Under the pieces are notes generated by a model. It had not been told where the DNA came from and did not search any database. It worked only from the letters and a program-made list of their open reading frames with translations. DNA of 64,000 nt from Scyliorhinus canicula (lineage: Eukaryota): positions 616,363-680,362 of the forward strand of contig NW_024055478.1 of assembly GCF_902713615.1 (NCBI RefSeq), written 5' to 3'. This document shows positions 22,993-34,308 of the stretch, one piece after another. Made by a program: the position numbers and the translations under genes. Position 1 is the first letter of the stretch. Each line of letters begins with the position of its first letter.

Positions 22993-24173
22993 CTTCAAAA
23001 TGAGTCAAAGCATACTGTCATTGCCATCGAAAATCAATCTAACATCTGCGGAGAACGCCAAAAGTACTGCAACATCTCAGGTAGTCAGGAGGCATTTGTC
23101 GACAGGACAACAAAGTTCGTCGTTCACCATCACCTTTCATTAAAACCGGGACTGCTTAGAAATGTGGTACGTCTTAAGCAAGTGAATTACCGGAGGGAGG
23201 AAACAGAACAACAGGAAAGGGCTCTAATGGGGGGGGGGGGGGGCAAGTCAGGAGAGATTAAATGAGAAGTGGCCTTGGGACCCTGGCCAGAGAGTTTGGA
23301 TGGCATCAAATCAGAGAATAATGACACCACAGTATGAGGCCATTCCGGCCGCCGTGTCTGTGCCAGCTCTCTGTTAGCGCAATGGAAGAAACAATGAAAC
23401 AAAAGATATGTCTGGAGGAGCTATCGATGGCAGATTGATCAACAACTACCGCCCGGACACAAAGAACAAGTGGAAACAAGATTGAAACCCAAATCTGCGA
23501 TGGAACGACAAACAAAATGGGTGCAGCATATACAGTGTGAAACTGCTGAACACACATTGAGTGTGAAAGCTGTATTGAGCCCAGTGGAAAGATGCGCTGC
23601 TGTTCCTCGAGTGTCTGTTGAGCTTGTTTGGAAAAATTCTCCACTTTGGCTCAGCGAATTAGATGGGTCACGTCCCTGTGGTTAACACAGATCTGGAGCA
23701 TCAATTTTATCCAAACGCACTCCAGCTCAGACACCCTCTCTCTCTCGAGCATCATCTGTGGGGAGAGAAACGACGTAAACATTCCGAGTACTGAGAAATC
23801 TTTTTCAGAGTGGGCCCATGTAAATCAACCCTGCCGTCAGCATCGCAAACAATTCATAATCTCTGACCTGGAGTAAAGAGCCTGTCCTGGTTTTAAACCC
23901 ACGACCACTCCCATAGGCATTGATTGAAAATCCCTCAACGAGAACCAGACCTCGAGACCAAAGAGCACAAATTTAAGACCGACATTCAGCAAAATATATC
24001 TTATGTTAATTTCGATATAATTTCTACATCTCACGGCTTTATATGTTGAGACATCTGTTAATTTAAGAAACAGCTGTCGCTTCCAACAGGGGACCTGGCC
24101 TCTCAAACAGACCATCAGAATCTGCAGCATCACAGTGAGGTTGTACATTCCGCACGTCTACTGATCGCCAGCG

Positions 24174-24246
24174 TTTTCTGTAGTGTAGTGGTTATCATAT
24201 TCGCCTTACACGCGAAAGGTCCACAGGTCGAAACCGGGCAGAAACA
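24174..24246 (+). pseudogene. tRNA-Val(TAC), damaged acceptor and T arm
   Basis: TTCGCCTTACACGCGAA anticodon arm; T loop altered. Confidence 0.7.
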
Positions 24247-25231
24247 TTTAGCATTTCGTGTGAGGAAAAGTTTGCACAATTATTGGGCACAAAATAATTC
24301 TGTTTCCTGATTGTTGCCGGAATCTCGTGTGTTCCAGGACTATGAAATTTCGTCTCACATGAGCCACTGAACTGAATTGAACATGAAGGCCCAAGCACTG
24401 AATTTTCGGCAGGCAATGAGAGGTTAAGAATTTTCATATCTTGGCACAGCTCGGATATTAGCAACTAGTTCATCCACAACAGAATTTCAGCGATTTACAA
24501 ATGAACATATTTAATCACCATCTCAAACATGCCTAAATGTATGACAAATGCAACTTACTGCGGATGCTTCAAACAGAAACAAAAACAGAAAATACTGGAT
24601 AATCTCAGCAGGTCTGACAGCCTCTGGGGAGCGAAATGGCAGCTGTCGTTTCCAGTCAAGTGGACTCTTTGTCAAAGCTGGAGAACTGGAACTGGAGATT
24701 CAGACGATTGTGGGTGGGGGGTGGGGGTGGTGGAGTGCTGTATTGGGCCTCGATAGAGGGCGAGCAATAGGTGAGAAATGACGAAAATGTCTCGGACAGA
24801 AAGAAAAGTAAATGAGGCTAATCAAGGGTATGAAAGGTGCTGATGGCGCATCAAGAGGTCAGAATGTGTTAATGGCAGAACAAAGGTAAGCAGTGCGTCA
24901 GAGAACAATTCCAAACAGGGATCAGATTGCTGAAGTAGGATGGTATGGGCTGGGGGGAGGGGGGCAATGCTTAGGGTAAAACATATCAATGGAAGGAATG
25001 ACAAGTTGATGGAAAAAACATGTGGTGAAGGGGGAAGTGAGAGTTCACAGTCTGAAGTTGTTGAACTGATAAAATGAAAGGGACAAAGAGCTGTCTGAGT
25101 TCACCAGAATTAGTCAATAGAAATGTGAATGCCCACACATAAGAACATAAGAAATAGGAGCAGGAGTAGGCCATCTGGCCCCTCGAGCCTGCTCCGCCAT
25201 TCAATGAGATCATGGCTGATCTTTTGTGGAC

Positions 25232-27139
25232 TCAGCTCCACTTTCCGGCCCGAACACCATAACCCTTAATCCCTTTATTCTTCAAAAAACTATCTATCTT
25301 TACCTTAAAAACATGTAATGAAGGAGCCTCAACTGCTTCACTGGGCAAGGAATTCCATAGATTCACAACCCTTTGGGTGAAGAAGTTTCTCCTAAACTCA
25401 GTTCTAAATCTACTTCCCCTTATTTTGAGGCCATGCCCCCTAGTTCTGCTGTCACCCGCCAGTGGAAACAACCTGCCCGCATCTATCCTATCTATTCCCT
25501 TCATAATTTTAAATGTTTCTATAAGATCCCCCCTCATCCTTCTAAATTCCAACGAGTACAGTCCCAGTCTACTCAACCTCTCCTCATAATCCAACCCCTT
25601 CAGCTCTGGGATTAACCTAGTGAATCTCCTCTGCACACCCTCCAGCGCCAGTACGTCCTTTCTCAAGTAAGGAGACCAAAACTGAACACAATACTCCAGG
25701 TGTGGCCGCACTAACACCTTATACAATTGCAACATAACCTCCCTAGTCTTAAACTCCATCCCTCTAGCAATGAAGGACAAAATTCCATTTGCCTTCTTTA
25801 TCACCTGTTGCACTTGTAAACCAACCTTCTGTGACTCATGCACTAGCACACCCAAGTCTCTCTGAACAGCGGCATGCTTTAATATTTTATCGTTTAAATA
25901 ATAATCCCGTTTGCTGTTATTCCTACCAAAATGGATAACCTCACATTTGTCAACATTGTATTCCATCTGCCAGACCCGAGCCCATTCACTTAACCTATCC
26001 AAATCCCTCTGCAGACTTCCAGTATCCTCTGCGCTTTTCGCTTTACCACTCATCTTAGTGTCATCTGCAAACTTGGACACATTGCCCTTGGTCCCCAACT
26101 CCAAATCATCAATGTAAATTGTGAACAATTGTGGGCCCAACACGGATCCCTGAGGGACACCACTAGCTACTGATTGCCAACCAGAGAAACGCCCATTTAT
26201 CCCAACTCTTTGCTTTCTATTAATTAACCAATCCTCTATCCATGCTACTACTTTACCCTTAATGCCATGCATCTTTATCTTATGCAGCAACCTTTTGTGT
26301 GGCACCTTGTCAAAGGCTTTCTGGAAATCCAGATATACCACATCCATCGGCTCCCCGTTATCTACTGCACTGGTAATGTCCTCAAAAAATTCCACTAAAT
26401 TAGTTAGGCACGACCTGCCTTTTACGAACCCATGCTGCGTCTGCCCAATGGGACAATTTCTATCCAGATGCCTCGCAATTTCTTCCTTGATGATAGATTC
26501 CAGCATCTTCCCTATTACCGAAGTTAAACTCACTGGCCTATAATTTCCTGCTTTCTGCCTACCTCCTTTTTTAAACAGTGGTGTCACGTTTGCTAATTTC
26601 CAATCCACCGGGACCACCCCAGAGTCTAGTGAATTTCGGTAAATTATCACTAGTGCATCTGCAATTTCCCTAGCCATCTCTTTTAGCACTCTGGGATGCA
26701 TTCCATCAGGGCCAGGAGACTTGTCTACCTTTAGCCCCATTAGCTTGCCCATCACTCCCTCCTTAGTGATAACAATCGTCTCAAGGTCCTCACCTGTCAT
26801 AGCCTCATTTCTATCAGTCACTGGCATGTTATTTGTGTCTTCCACTGTGAAGACCGACCCAAAAAACCTGTTCAGTTCCTCAGCCATTTCCTCATTTCCC
26901 ATTATTAAAACTCCCTTCTCATCCTCTAAAGGACCAATATTTACCTTAGCCACTCTTTTTTGTCTTATATATTTGTAAAACCTTTTACTGTCTGTTTTTA
27001 TATTCTGAGCAAGTTTACTCTCATACTCTATCTTACTCTTCTTTATAGCTTTTTTAGTAGCTTTCTGTTGCCCCCTCAAGATTTCCCAGTCCTCTAATCT
27101 CCCAGCAATCTTTGCCACTTTATATGCTTTTTCCTTCAA
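25232..27139 (-). CDS. CR1 ORF2 reverse transcriptase part (continues upstream across a 1-nt frameshift)
   Basis: KSPGPDGMHPRVLKE, NYRPVSLTS, YLDFQKAFDKVPH, GVPQGSVLGP, KFADDTK. Confidence 0.9.
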   Translation of the reverse strand: MKEKAYKVAKIAGRLEDWEILRGQQKATKKAIKKSKIEYESKLAQNIKTDSKRFYKYIRQKRVAKVNIGPLEDEKGVLIMGNEEMAEELNRFFGSVFTVEDTNNMPVTDRNEAMTGEDLETIVITKEGVMGKLMGLKVDKSPGPDGMHPRVLKEMAREIADALVIIYRNSLDSGVVPVDWKLANVTPLFKKGGRQKAGNYRPVSLTSVIGKMLESIIKEEIARHLDRNCPIGQTQHGFVKGRSCLTNLVEFFEDITSAVDNGEPMDVVYLDFQKAFDKVPHKRLLHKIKMHGIKGKVVAWIEDWLINRKQRVGINGRFSGWQSVASGVPQGSVLGPQLFTIYIDDLELGTKGNVSKFADDTKMSGKAKSAEDTGSLQRDLDRLSEWARVWQMEYNVDKCEVIHFGRNNSKRDYYLNDKILKHAAVQRDLGVLVHESQKVGLQVQQVIKKANGILSFIARGMEFKTREVMLQLYKVLVRPHLEYCVQFWSPYLRKDVLALEGVQRRFTRLIPELKGLDYEERLSRLGLYSLEFRRMRGDLIETFKIMKGIDRIDAGRLFPLAGDSRTRGHGLKIRGSRFRTEFRRNFFTQRVVNLWNSLPSEAVEAPSLHVFKVKIDSFLKNKGIKGYGVRAGKWS

Positions 27140-27153
27140 TTTGATACTCTCCC

Positions 27154-28272
27154 TTATTTCCTTAGATATCCACTGTCGATTTTCCCTTTTCTACCGTCCT
27201 TCCTTTTTGTTGGTATAAACCTTTGGTGAGCACTGTGAAAAATCGCTTGGAAGGTTCTCCACTGTTCCTCAACTGTTCCACCATAAAGTCTTAGCTCCCA
27301 GTCTACCTTAGCTAGTTCTTCTCTCATCCCCTTGTAATATCCCTTGTTTAAACACAAAACACTAGTATTTGATTTTACTTTCTCACCCTCCATCTGTATT
27401 TTAAATTCCACCATATTGTGATCGCTCCTTCCGAGAGGATCCCTAACTATGAGATCATGAATCAATCCTGTCTCATTACACAGGACAAGATCCAGGACCG
27501 CTTGTTCCCTCGTAGGTTCCATCACATCCTGTTCTAGGAAACTATCGCGGATACATTCTATAAACTCCTCCTCACGGTTGCCCTGACCGACCTGGTTAAA
27601 CCAATCGACATGTAGATTAAAATCCCCCATGAGAACTGCTGTACCATTTCTACATGCATCAGTTATTTCTTTGTTTATTGCCTGCCCCACCATCTCGTTA
27701 CTATTTGGTGGCCGATAGACTACTGCTATCAGTGACTTTTTCGCCTTACTATTCCTGATTTCCACCCAAATAGATTCAACCTTATCCTCCATAGCACCGA
27801 TGTCATCCCTTACTATTGCCCGGATGTCATCCTTAAATAACAGAGCAACACCACCTCCCTTACCATCCACTCTGTCCTTCCGAATAGTTTGATACCCTCG
27901 GATATTTAACTCCCAGTCGTGACCATCCTTTAACCATGTTTCAGTAATGGCCACTAAATCATAGTCCTTCACGATGATTTGTGCCACCAACTCATTTACT
28001 TTATTCCGAATACTACGAGCATTCAGGTAAAGTACACTTATGTTGGTTTTTTTACCTCTGTTTTGAATCTTAACATCTCCAGTTTTATTCCTTTTGTTAT
28101 TACTGGGCCTATTCACTGTGCTCCCCTCAGTCACTGTACCTTGTACTGTCGCCCTTATGGATTTCTGACTATGTCTTCTCTGCCTTGCCCTTTTCCCCTT
28201 ACTTCCTTTTGTTTCTGTCCCTGTTTTACTACCTTCCAACTTCCAGCATTGGTTCCCATCCCCCTGCCACAT
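27154..28272 (-). CDS. CR1 ORF2 apurinic-endonuclease part
   Basis: YLNARSIRNK, AITETW, VVYRPP, MGDFN, SDHN motifs. Confidence 0.9.
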   Translation of the reverse strand: MWQGDGNQCWKLEGSKTGTETKGSKGKRARQRRHSQKSIRATVQGTVTEGSTVNRPSNNKRNKTGDVKIQNRGKKTNISVLYLNARSIRNKVNELVAQIIVKDYDLVAITETWLKDGHDWELNIRGYQTIRKDRVDGKGGGVALLFKDDIRAIVRDDIGAMEDKVESIWVEIRNSKAKKSLIAVVYRPPNSNEMVGQAINKEITDACRNGTAVLMGDFNLHVDWFNQVGQGNREEEFIECIRDSFLEQDVMEPTREQAVLDLVLCNETGLIHDLIVRDPLGRSDHNMVEFKIQMEGEKVKSNTSVLCLNKGYYKGMREELAKVDWELRLYGGTVEEQWRTFQAIFHSAHQRFIPTKRKDGRKGKIDSGYLRK

Positions 28273-29219
28273 TAGTTTAAACCCTCCCCAACAGCTCTAG
28301 AAAACACCCCCCCTAGGACATCGGTTCCAGTCCTGCCCAAGTGCAGACCGTCCGGTTTGTACTGGTCCCACCTCCCCCAGAACCGGTCCCAATGCCCCAG
28401 GAATTTGAATCCCTCCCTCTTGCACCATCTCTCGAGCCACGCATTCATCCTATCTATCCTGACATTCCTACTCTGACTAGCTCGTGGCACTGGTAGCAAT
28501 CCTGAGATTATTACCTTTGAGGTCCTACTTTTTAGTTTAACTCCTAACTCCCTGAATTCCGCTTGTAGGACCTCATCCCGTTTTTTACCTATATCGTTGG
28601 TGCCTATGTGCACCACGACAGCTGGCTGTTCACCCTCCCCCCCTAGAATGTCCTGCAGCCGCTCCGAGACATCCTTGACCCTTGCACCAGGGAGGCAACA
28701 TACCATCCTGGAGCCTCGATTACGTCCACAGAACCGCCTGTCTATTCCCCTTACGATCGAGTCCCCTATCACTATAGCCCTGCCATTTTTCTTCCTGCCC
28801 TGCTGTGCAGCAGAGCCAGCCACGGTGCCATGAACCTGGCTGCTGCTGCCTTCCCCTGGTGAGCCATCTCCCTCAACAGTATCCAAAGCGGTATATCTGT
28901 TTTGCAGGGAGACGACCGCAGGGGACACCTGCACTGCCTTCCTACTCTTGCTCTTTCTTTTGGTCACCCATTTTCTATCTCCCTCAGTAACCTTCACCTG
29001 CGGTGTGACCAACTCGCTAAACGTGCTATCCACGACCTCCTCAGCATCGCGGATGCTCCAAAGTGAGTCCATCCGCAGCTCCAGAGCCGTCAAGCGGTCT
29101 AACAAGAGCTGCAACTGAACACACTTCTTGCACGTGAAGGAGCCAGGGACAGTGGACGTGTCCCTGAGCTCCCACATCGCACACGAGGAGCATGACACGG
29201 GTCTGGGATCTCCTGCCAT
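28272..29219 (-). CDS. CR1 ORF1 (zinc finger/leucine zipper plus SGNH esterase domain)
   Basis: CSSCAMW...CKKC; VIGDSIVR, LPGA, HIGTND; uninterrupted 315 aa. Confidence 0.88.
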   Translation of the reverse strand: MAGDPRPVSCSSCAMWELRDTSTVPGSFTCKKCVQLQLLLDRLTALELRMDSLWSIRDAEEVVDSTFSELVTPQVKVTEGDRKWVTKRKSKSRKAVQVSPAVVSLQNRYTALDTVEGDGSPGEGSSSQVHGTVAGSAAQQGRKKNGRAIVIGDSIVRGIDRRFCGRNRGSRMVCCLPGARVKDVSERLQDILGGEGEQPAVVVHIGTNDIGKKRDEVLQAEFRELGVKLKSRTSKVIISGLLPVPRASQSRNVRIDRMNAWLERWCKREGFKFLGHWDRFWGRWDQYKPDGLHLGRTGTDVLGGVFSRAVGEGLN

Positions 29220-29357
29220 GTCTTAAACCCTTGGTAAACTAAAACAACTACAATTTCAAAATAAAAATAAATAAATTAGGCAATGAAAAGAAAAAGAGAG
29301 ACTACTTACCAGTCACTTACCAGGGTGAAAGAGCACCTCCTCACACTCTGCACCGAT

Positions 29358-29636
29358 AATAGAAAGCAAAGAGTTGGGATAAATGGGTGTTTCTCTGGTT
29401 GGCAATCAGTAGCTAGTGGTGTCCCTCAGGGATCCGTGTTGGGCCCACAATTGTTCACAATTTACATTGATGATTTGGAGTTGGGGACCAAGGGCAATGT
29501 GTCCAAGTTTGCAGATGACACTAAGATGAGTGGTAAAGCGAAAAGTACAGAGGATACTGGAAGTCTGCAGAGGGATTTGGATAGGTTAAGTGAATGGGCT
29601 CGGGTCTGGCAGATGGAATACAATGTTGACAAATGT
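29358..29636 (+). mobile_element. Inverted duplicate of a CR1 RT segment (copy of ~25948-26225)
   Basis: Encodes NRKQRVGING...GVPQGSVLGPQLFTIYIDDLELG...KFADDTK...EYNVDKC, near-identical to the internal copy. Confidence 0.9.
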
Positions 29637-29790
29637 AGACACACATAGACAAACTTCTCAGCAACGTATTGGTTCCATGCAGCTTGAGCTCAGCTTCTCA
29701 AAGCAAACCCAATGTGAATGAATCCCACCGTCGACGCCGCAAAGAAATTAAGAAAACATGCGGTTTGACCAACGGGAAAACCTCATCGAA

Positions 29791-29880
29791 GGGCTCGTCC
29801 GGGATTTGAACCCGAGACCTCTCGCAAATTCCGACAGCGACACACCCAAAGCGAGAATCATACCCCTAGACCAACGATCC
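29791..29880 (-). tRNA. tRNA-Pro(TGG) with 18-nt intron; acceptor and T-stem substitutions
   Basis: Alignment to 53632-53721. Confidence 0.8.
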
Positions 29881-31115
29881 CCGCAAAAAGAGTCAAAGCA
29901 TACTGTCATTGCCATCGAAAATCAATCTAACATCTGCGGAGAACGCCAAAAGTACTGCAACATCTCAGGTCGTCAGACGGCATTTGTCGACAGGACAACA
30001 AAGTTCGTCTTTCACCATCACCTTTCATTAAAACCGGGACAGGTTAGAAATGTGGTACGTCTTAACCAAGTGAATTACAGGAGGGAGCAAACAGAACAAC
30101 AGGAAAGGGCTCTAATGGGGGGCAAGCCAGGAGAGATTAAATAAGAAGAGGCCTTGGGACCCTGGCCACAGAGTTAGGTTAGCATCGAATCAGAGAATAA
30201 TGACACCACAGTATGAGGCCATTCCGGCCGCCGTGTCTGTGCCAGCTCTCTGTTAGCGCAATGGAAGAAACAAAGAAACAAAAGATATGTCTGGAGGAGC
30301 TATAGATGGCATATTGATCAACAACTACCGCCCGGACACAAAGAACAAGTGGAAACAAGATTGAATCCCAAATCTGCGATGGAAGGAAACACAAAATGGG
30401 TGCAGCATTTACAGTGTGAAACTACTGAACACACACTGAGTGTGAAAGCTGTATTGAGCACAGTGGAAAGATGCGCTGCTGTTCCTCGAGTGGCTGTTGA
30501 GCTTCTTTGGAACATTTCACGACGCCGAGGTCCGGGAGGTCAGCGTTAAGATCCAGCTCCCCAGTCAGTTCAATTCTCCACTTTGGCTCTGTGGATTAGA
30601 TGGGTCACGTCCCTGTGGTTAACACAGATCTGGAGCATCAATTTTATCCAAACGCACTCCAGCTCAGACACTGTCCCTCTCTCTCTCTCGAGCATCATCT
30701 GTGGGGAGAGAAACGACGTAAACATTCCGAGTCCTGAGAAATCTTTTTCAGAGTGGGCCAATGTAAATCAACCCCGCCGTCAGCCTCGCAAACAATTCGT
30801 AATCTCTGACCTGGAGTAAAGAGCCTGTCCTGGATTTAAACCCACGACCACTCCCATAGGCATTGATTGAAAATCCTTAAACGAGAACCAGACCTCGAGA
30901 CCAAAGAGCACAAATTTAAGACCGACATTCAGCAAAATATAATTTATGTTAATTTCGATATAATTTCTACATCTCACGGCTTTATATGTTGAGACATCTG
31001 TTAATTTCAGACACAGCAGTCGCTTGCAACAAGGGAGCTGGCCTCTCAAACAGACCATCAGAATCTGCAGCAACACCGTGAGGTTGTACATTCCGCACGT
31101 CCATTGATGCCAGCG

Positions 31116-31188
31116 ATTTCTGTAGTGTAGTGGTTATCACATTCGCCTCACACGCGAAAGGTCCCCGGTTCGAAACCGGGCAGAAACA
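31116..31188 (+). tRNA. tRNA-Val(CAC), G1>A
   Basis: Otherwise identical to 21778-21850. Confidence 0.8.
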
Positions 31189-32433
31189 TCGAACCTTTAG
31201 CATTTCGTGTGAGAAAAGTTTGCACAATTATTGGGCACAAAATAATTCTGTTTCCTGAATGTTGAATCTCGTGTGTTCCAGGACTATGAAATTTCGTCTC
31301 CCACGAGCCACTACACTGAATTGAACATTAAGGACCAAGCACTGAATTTTCGGCAGGCAATGAGAGGTGAAGAATTTTCATATCTTGGCACACCTCGGAT
31401 ATTAGCAGCTAGTTCATCCACAACAGAATTTCAGCGATTTACAAATGAACATATTTAATCACTATCTCAAACATGTCTAAATGTATGACAAACGCAACTT
31501 ACTGCGGATGCTTCAAACGGAAACAAAAACAGAAAATACTGGACAATCTCAGCAGGTCTGACAGCCTCTGGGGAGCGAAATGGCAGCTGTCGTTTCCAGT
31601 CAAGTGGACTCTTTGTCAAAGCTGGAGAACTGGAATTGGAGATTCAGACGATTGTGGGTGGGGGGTGGGGGTGGTGGAGTGCTGTATTGGGTCTCGATCG
31701 AGGGCTAGCAATAGGTGGGAAATTACGAAAATGTCTCGGGCAGAAAGAAAAAGGGAATGTAAATGAGGCTAATCAAGGCTATGAAAGGTGCTGATGGCGC
31801 ATCAAGCGGTCAGAATGTGTTAATGGCAGAACAAAGGTAAGCAGTGTGTCAGAGAACAATTACAAACAGGGATCTGATTGATCAAGTAGGATGGTGTGGG
31901 CTGGGGATAGGGGGCGATGCTGAGGGTAAAACATATCAATGGAAGGGATGATACGTTGATGGAAAAAACATGTGGTGAAGGGGGAAGTGAGAGTTCACAG
32001 TCTGAAGTTGTTGAACTGATAAAATGAAAGGGACAAAGAGCTGTCTGATTCCCCCAGAATTAGTCAATAGAAATGTGAATGCCCACACATAGGATGGTAT
32101 GGGCTGGGGGGAGGTGGGCAATGCTGAGGGTAAAACATATCAATGGAAGGGATGATATGTTGATGGAAAAAACATGTGGTGGAGGGTGAAGTGAGAGTTC
32201 ACAGTCTGAAGTTGTTGAACTGATAAAATGAAAGGGACAAAGAGCTGTCTGAGTCCACCAGAATTCGTCAATAGAAATGTGAATGCCCACACATAGACAA
32301 GCTTCTCGGGAACGTATTGGTTCCATGCAGTTGAGCTCAGCTTCTCAAAGTCAACCCAATGTAAATGAATCCCGCCGTCTCCGCCGCAAAGTGAAGGAAA
32401 CATGCGGTTTGACCAACGGAAAAACTCAACAAA

Positions 32434-32523
32434 GGGTTCGTCCGAGATTTGAACCCGGGACCTCTCGTAAATTCCGACAGTGACACACCCAAAGCGAGAA
32501 TCATACCCCTAGACCAACGAGCC
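32434..32523 (-). tRNA. tRNA-Pro(TGG) with 18-nt intron; several substitutions
   Basis: Alignment to 53632-53721. Confidence 0.8.
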
Positions 32524-32694
32524 CAACGGAAAAAGCCAAAGCATACTGTCATTGCCATCGAAAATCAATCTAACATCTGTGGAGAACGCCAAAATTACTG
32601 CAACATCTCAGGTAGTCAGGCGGCATTTGTCGACAGGACAACAAAGTTCGTCTTTCACCATCACCTTTCATAAAAACCGGGACAGGTTAGAAAT

Positions 32695-32974
32695 CAGAAG
32701 GGGGTTCAGCGCAGTTAGATTGCGAATATACAGACCGAACGATGTACCACATGCTATGGTATCAGCAAAAGCCGGCACAGCCGCCGAGATTGGTCATCAT
32801 TAACATATTGACGATGAAGAAAGAGGAGATCTCAGGACGATACCTGGCGGCTGCCAACAAGTCTAAAAAGAATGGTTACCTCAATATAAACGCGCTCAGT
32901 GTGGAGGACGGGGCGGTCTATTACTGTGCAATGAGCACAGTGTCACAAAGCAGCTCCAACCACGTACGAAAGCC
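32695..32974 (+). pseudogene. Leaderless V segment (family B) with 23-RSS at 32936-32974
   Basis: Open frame ...DCEYTDRTMYHMLWYQQKP...YYCAM; CACAGTG-23-ACGAAAGCC. Confidence 0.85.
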
Positions 32975-33611
32975 TCAGAGAGTATTTTCAATTCCAGTAC
33001 ATTTGCGTTCCTGCCCTTGTACCGGAGGATGGATGATCTGGATTCAGAAAAATACTCAGGTCTATTTCTCCACAATTGCATTGCCGTCTCTGTCCTTGTA
33101 TAGGTCACTCGAGGAGCCGTTTCGGATTCGTGAGTTTAATCAGCATGTCGCGATGCACAGTACATTTAAGCTTGGAATATCCACTTCCGAACAGCAGTAA
33201 TGAAAGTTCTCAGATGTGGGGATAATAAAATCTTCCAGGACCGTTAACTTAGGTCGACCTTATGCCAATGAGTCTGAGCCCCCAGTAGTCTTCAGCGGAA
33301 CATCGACTTTCTGATCGAAAATACATCAAATCTATGTTGACACTTCCTGCTTTCTGTTATGGAGGTTCCCGGATAAGGGACGCGTTTCAACGGAAGTGTG
33401 GTGCTGTCCAAGTGAGTTCTGTAAAATCCACGGGCCTGTGATGATTCCACGTCTCACAAATGTCCATGCCCGCGGGACCATGTGTACGCTCCTTCCAGAT
33501 ATTTTCCGCACTGCCTCAGGGGACCAATATTGCCAGCATTCTCATTCGGTCCCTGGCAATCAGAGGATTGGCCGTCACTGTTGAAATGCACAGAGTTGTG
33601 ACCCTGTTGTC

Positions 33612-33653
<42 letters not shown>

Positions 33654-33686
33654 TAAAGGTTGGTGGTTCGATCCCACCCAGCGACG
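33612..33686 (+). tRNA. tRNA-Asn(GTT) with a 1-nt insertion in the variable region
   Basis: Paralog of 15815-15888. Confidence 0.75.
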
Positions 33687-34308
33687 AATTGTTGTTCCAC
33701 TCCTGGATGATATGTTTTTAGGGGCTGTTTCGGACAGGACTAAATTGCTGGCTTTGAAAGCAGACCAAGCAGGCCAGCAGCACGGTTCGATTCCCGTAAC
33801 AGCCTCCCCGAACAGGCGCCGAAATGTGACGACGAGGGGATTTTCAGAGTAACTTCATTTGATGCCGACTCGTGACAATAAGCGATTTTCCTGTTCTGAT
33901 AACACGTACCGTGCACCGGCTGCGGCATGGAGTTTCCTGTATCGCTGTAATATCCTTCATGGCCCGAGCTGGGGAATAGCTCAACGATGCTGTGTCTCCC
34001 CCGATAACTCAGGAGATTGTGACACCTCCTCACGGACCTGCTAACAGACAAATGTTGAGCAGGAGTTGGCTATTCATCCCCTTGAGCCTTCTTCAACATT
34101 CAATAAGTTCGTGACAGATGCGAACATGACCTCAGATTCACATTTCACCTACCCCGGATAACCTTTGATTACCTGTTCAGTTGAGAATCCAACCACATCT
34201 GTCTTAAAATCTTCAATGGGCCTATCTCAGCGGTCTCTGGAGAAGAATCGCTCAGAAAAAAAGCCCAAAGATCTACATAACCGGGCCGGGTCGAGCAGTA
34301 TTTCTGGC

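Larger units (their letters stand above)
25141..29636 (-). mobile_element. Full-length CR1 LINE with an extra inverted RT fragment at its 5' end; ~7-bp TSD CACACAT
   Basis: ORF1 + ORF2, (TTCTTATG)-type 3' tail at 25141-25150, and CACACAT at 25134-25140 and 29640-29646 within an otherwise continuous repeat unit. Confidence 0.9.
19350..31250. repeat. Tandem ~2.4-kb Val(+)/Pro(-) tRNA units; one unit interrupted by a CR1
   Basis: Val genes at 19362, 21778, 24174 and 31116 (spacings 2416, 2396, and 6942 including the CR1), each of the first three followed by an intron-containing Pro. Confidence 0.85.

Noticed and set aside
7258-31250. Regular repeats as a CRISPR array or prokaryotic defence island
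   Set aside because: Periods are kilobases, repeats contain eukaryotic tRNA genes, there are no cas-like ORFs, and the window has spliceosomal introns and vertebrate LINEs.
192-31766. Recurrent 60-130 aa ORFs (MSKC..., MALWIRW..., MYNLTVLL..., MRFDQREN...) appearing many times
   Set aside because: They lie in duplicated tRNA-unit spacers or run antisense through tRNA genes. Copies differ by frameshifts and stops, and I see no recognisable domains.
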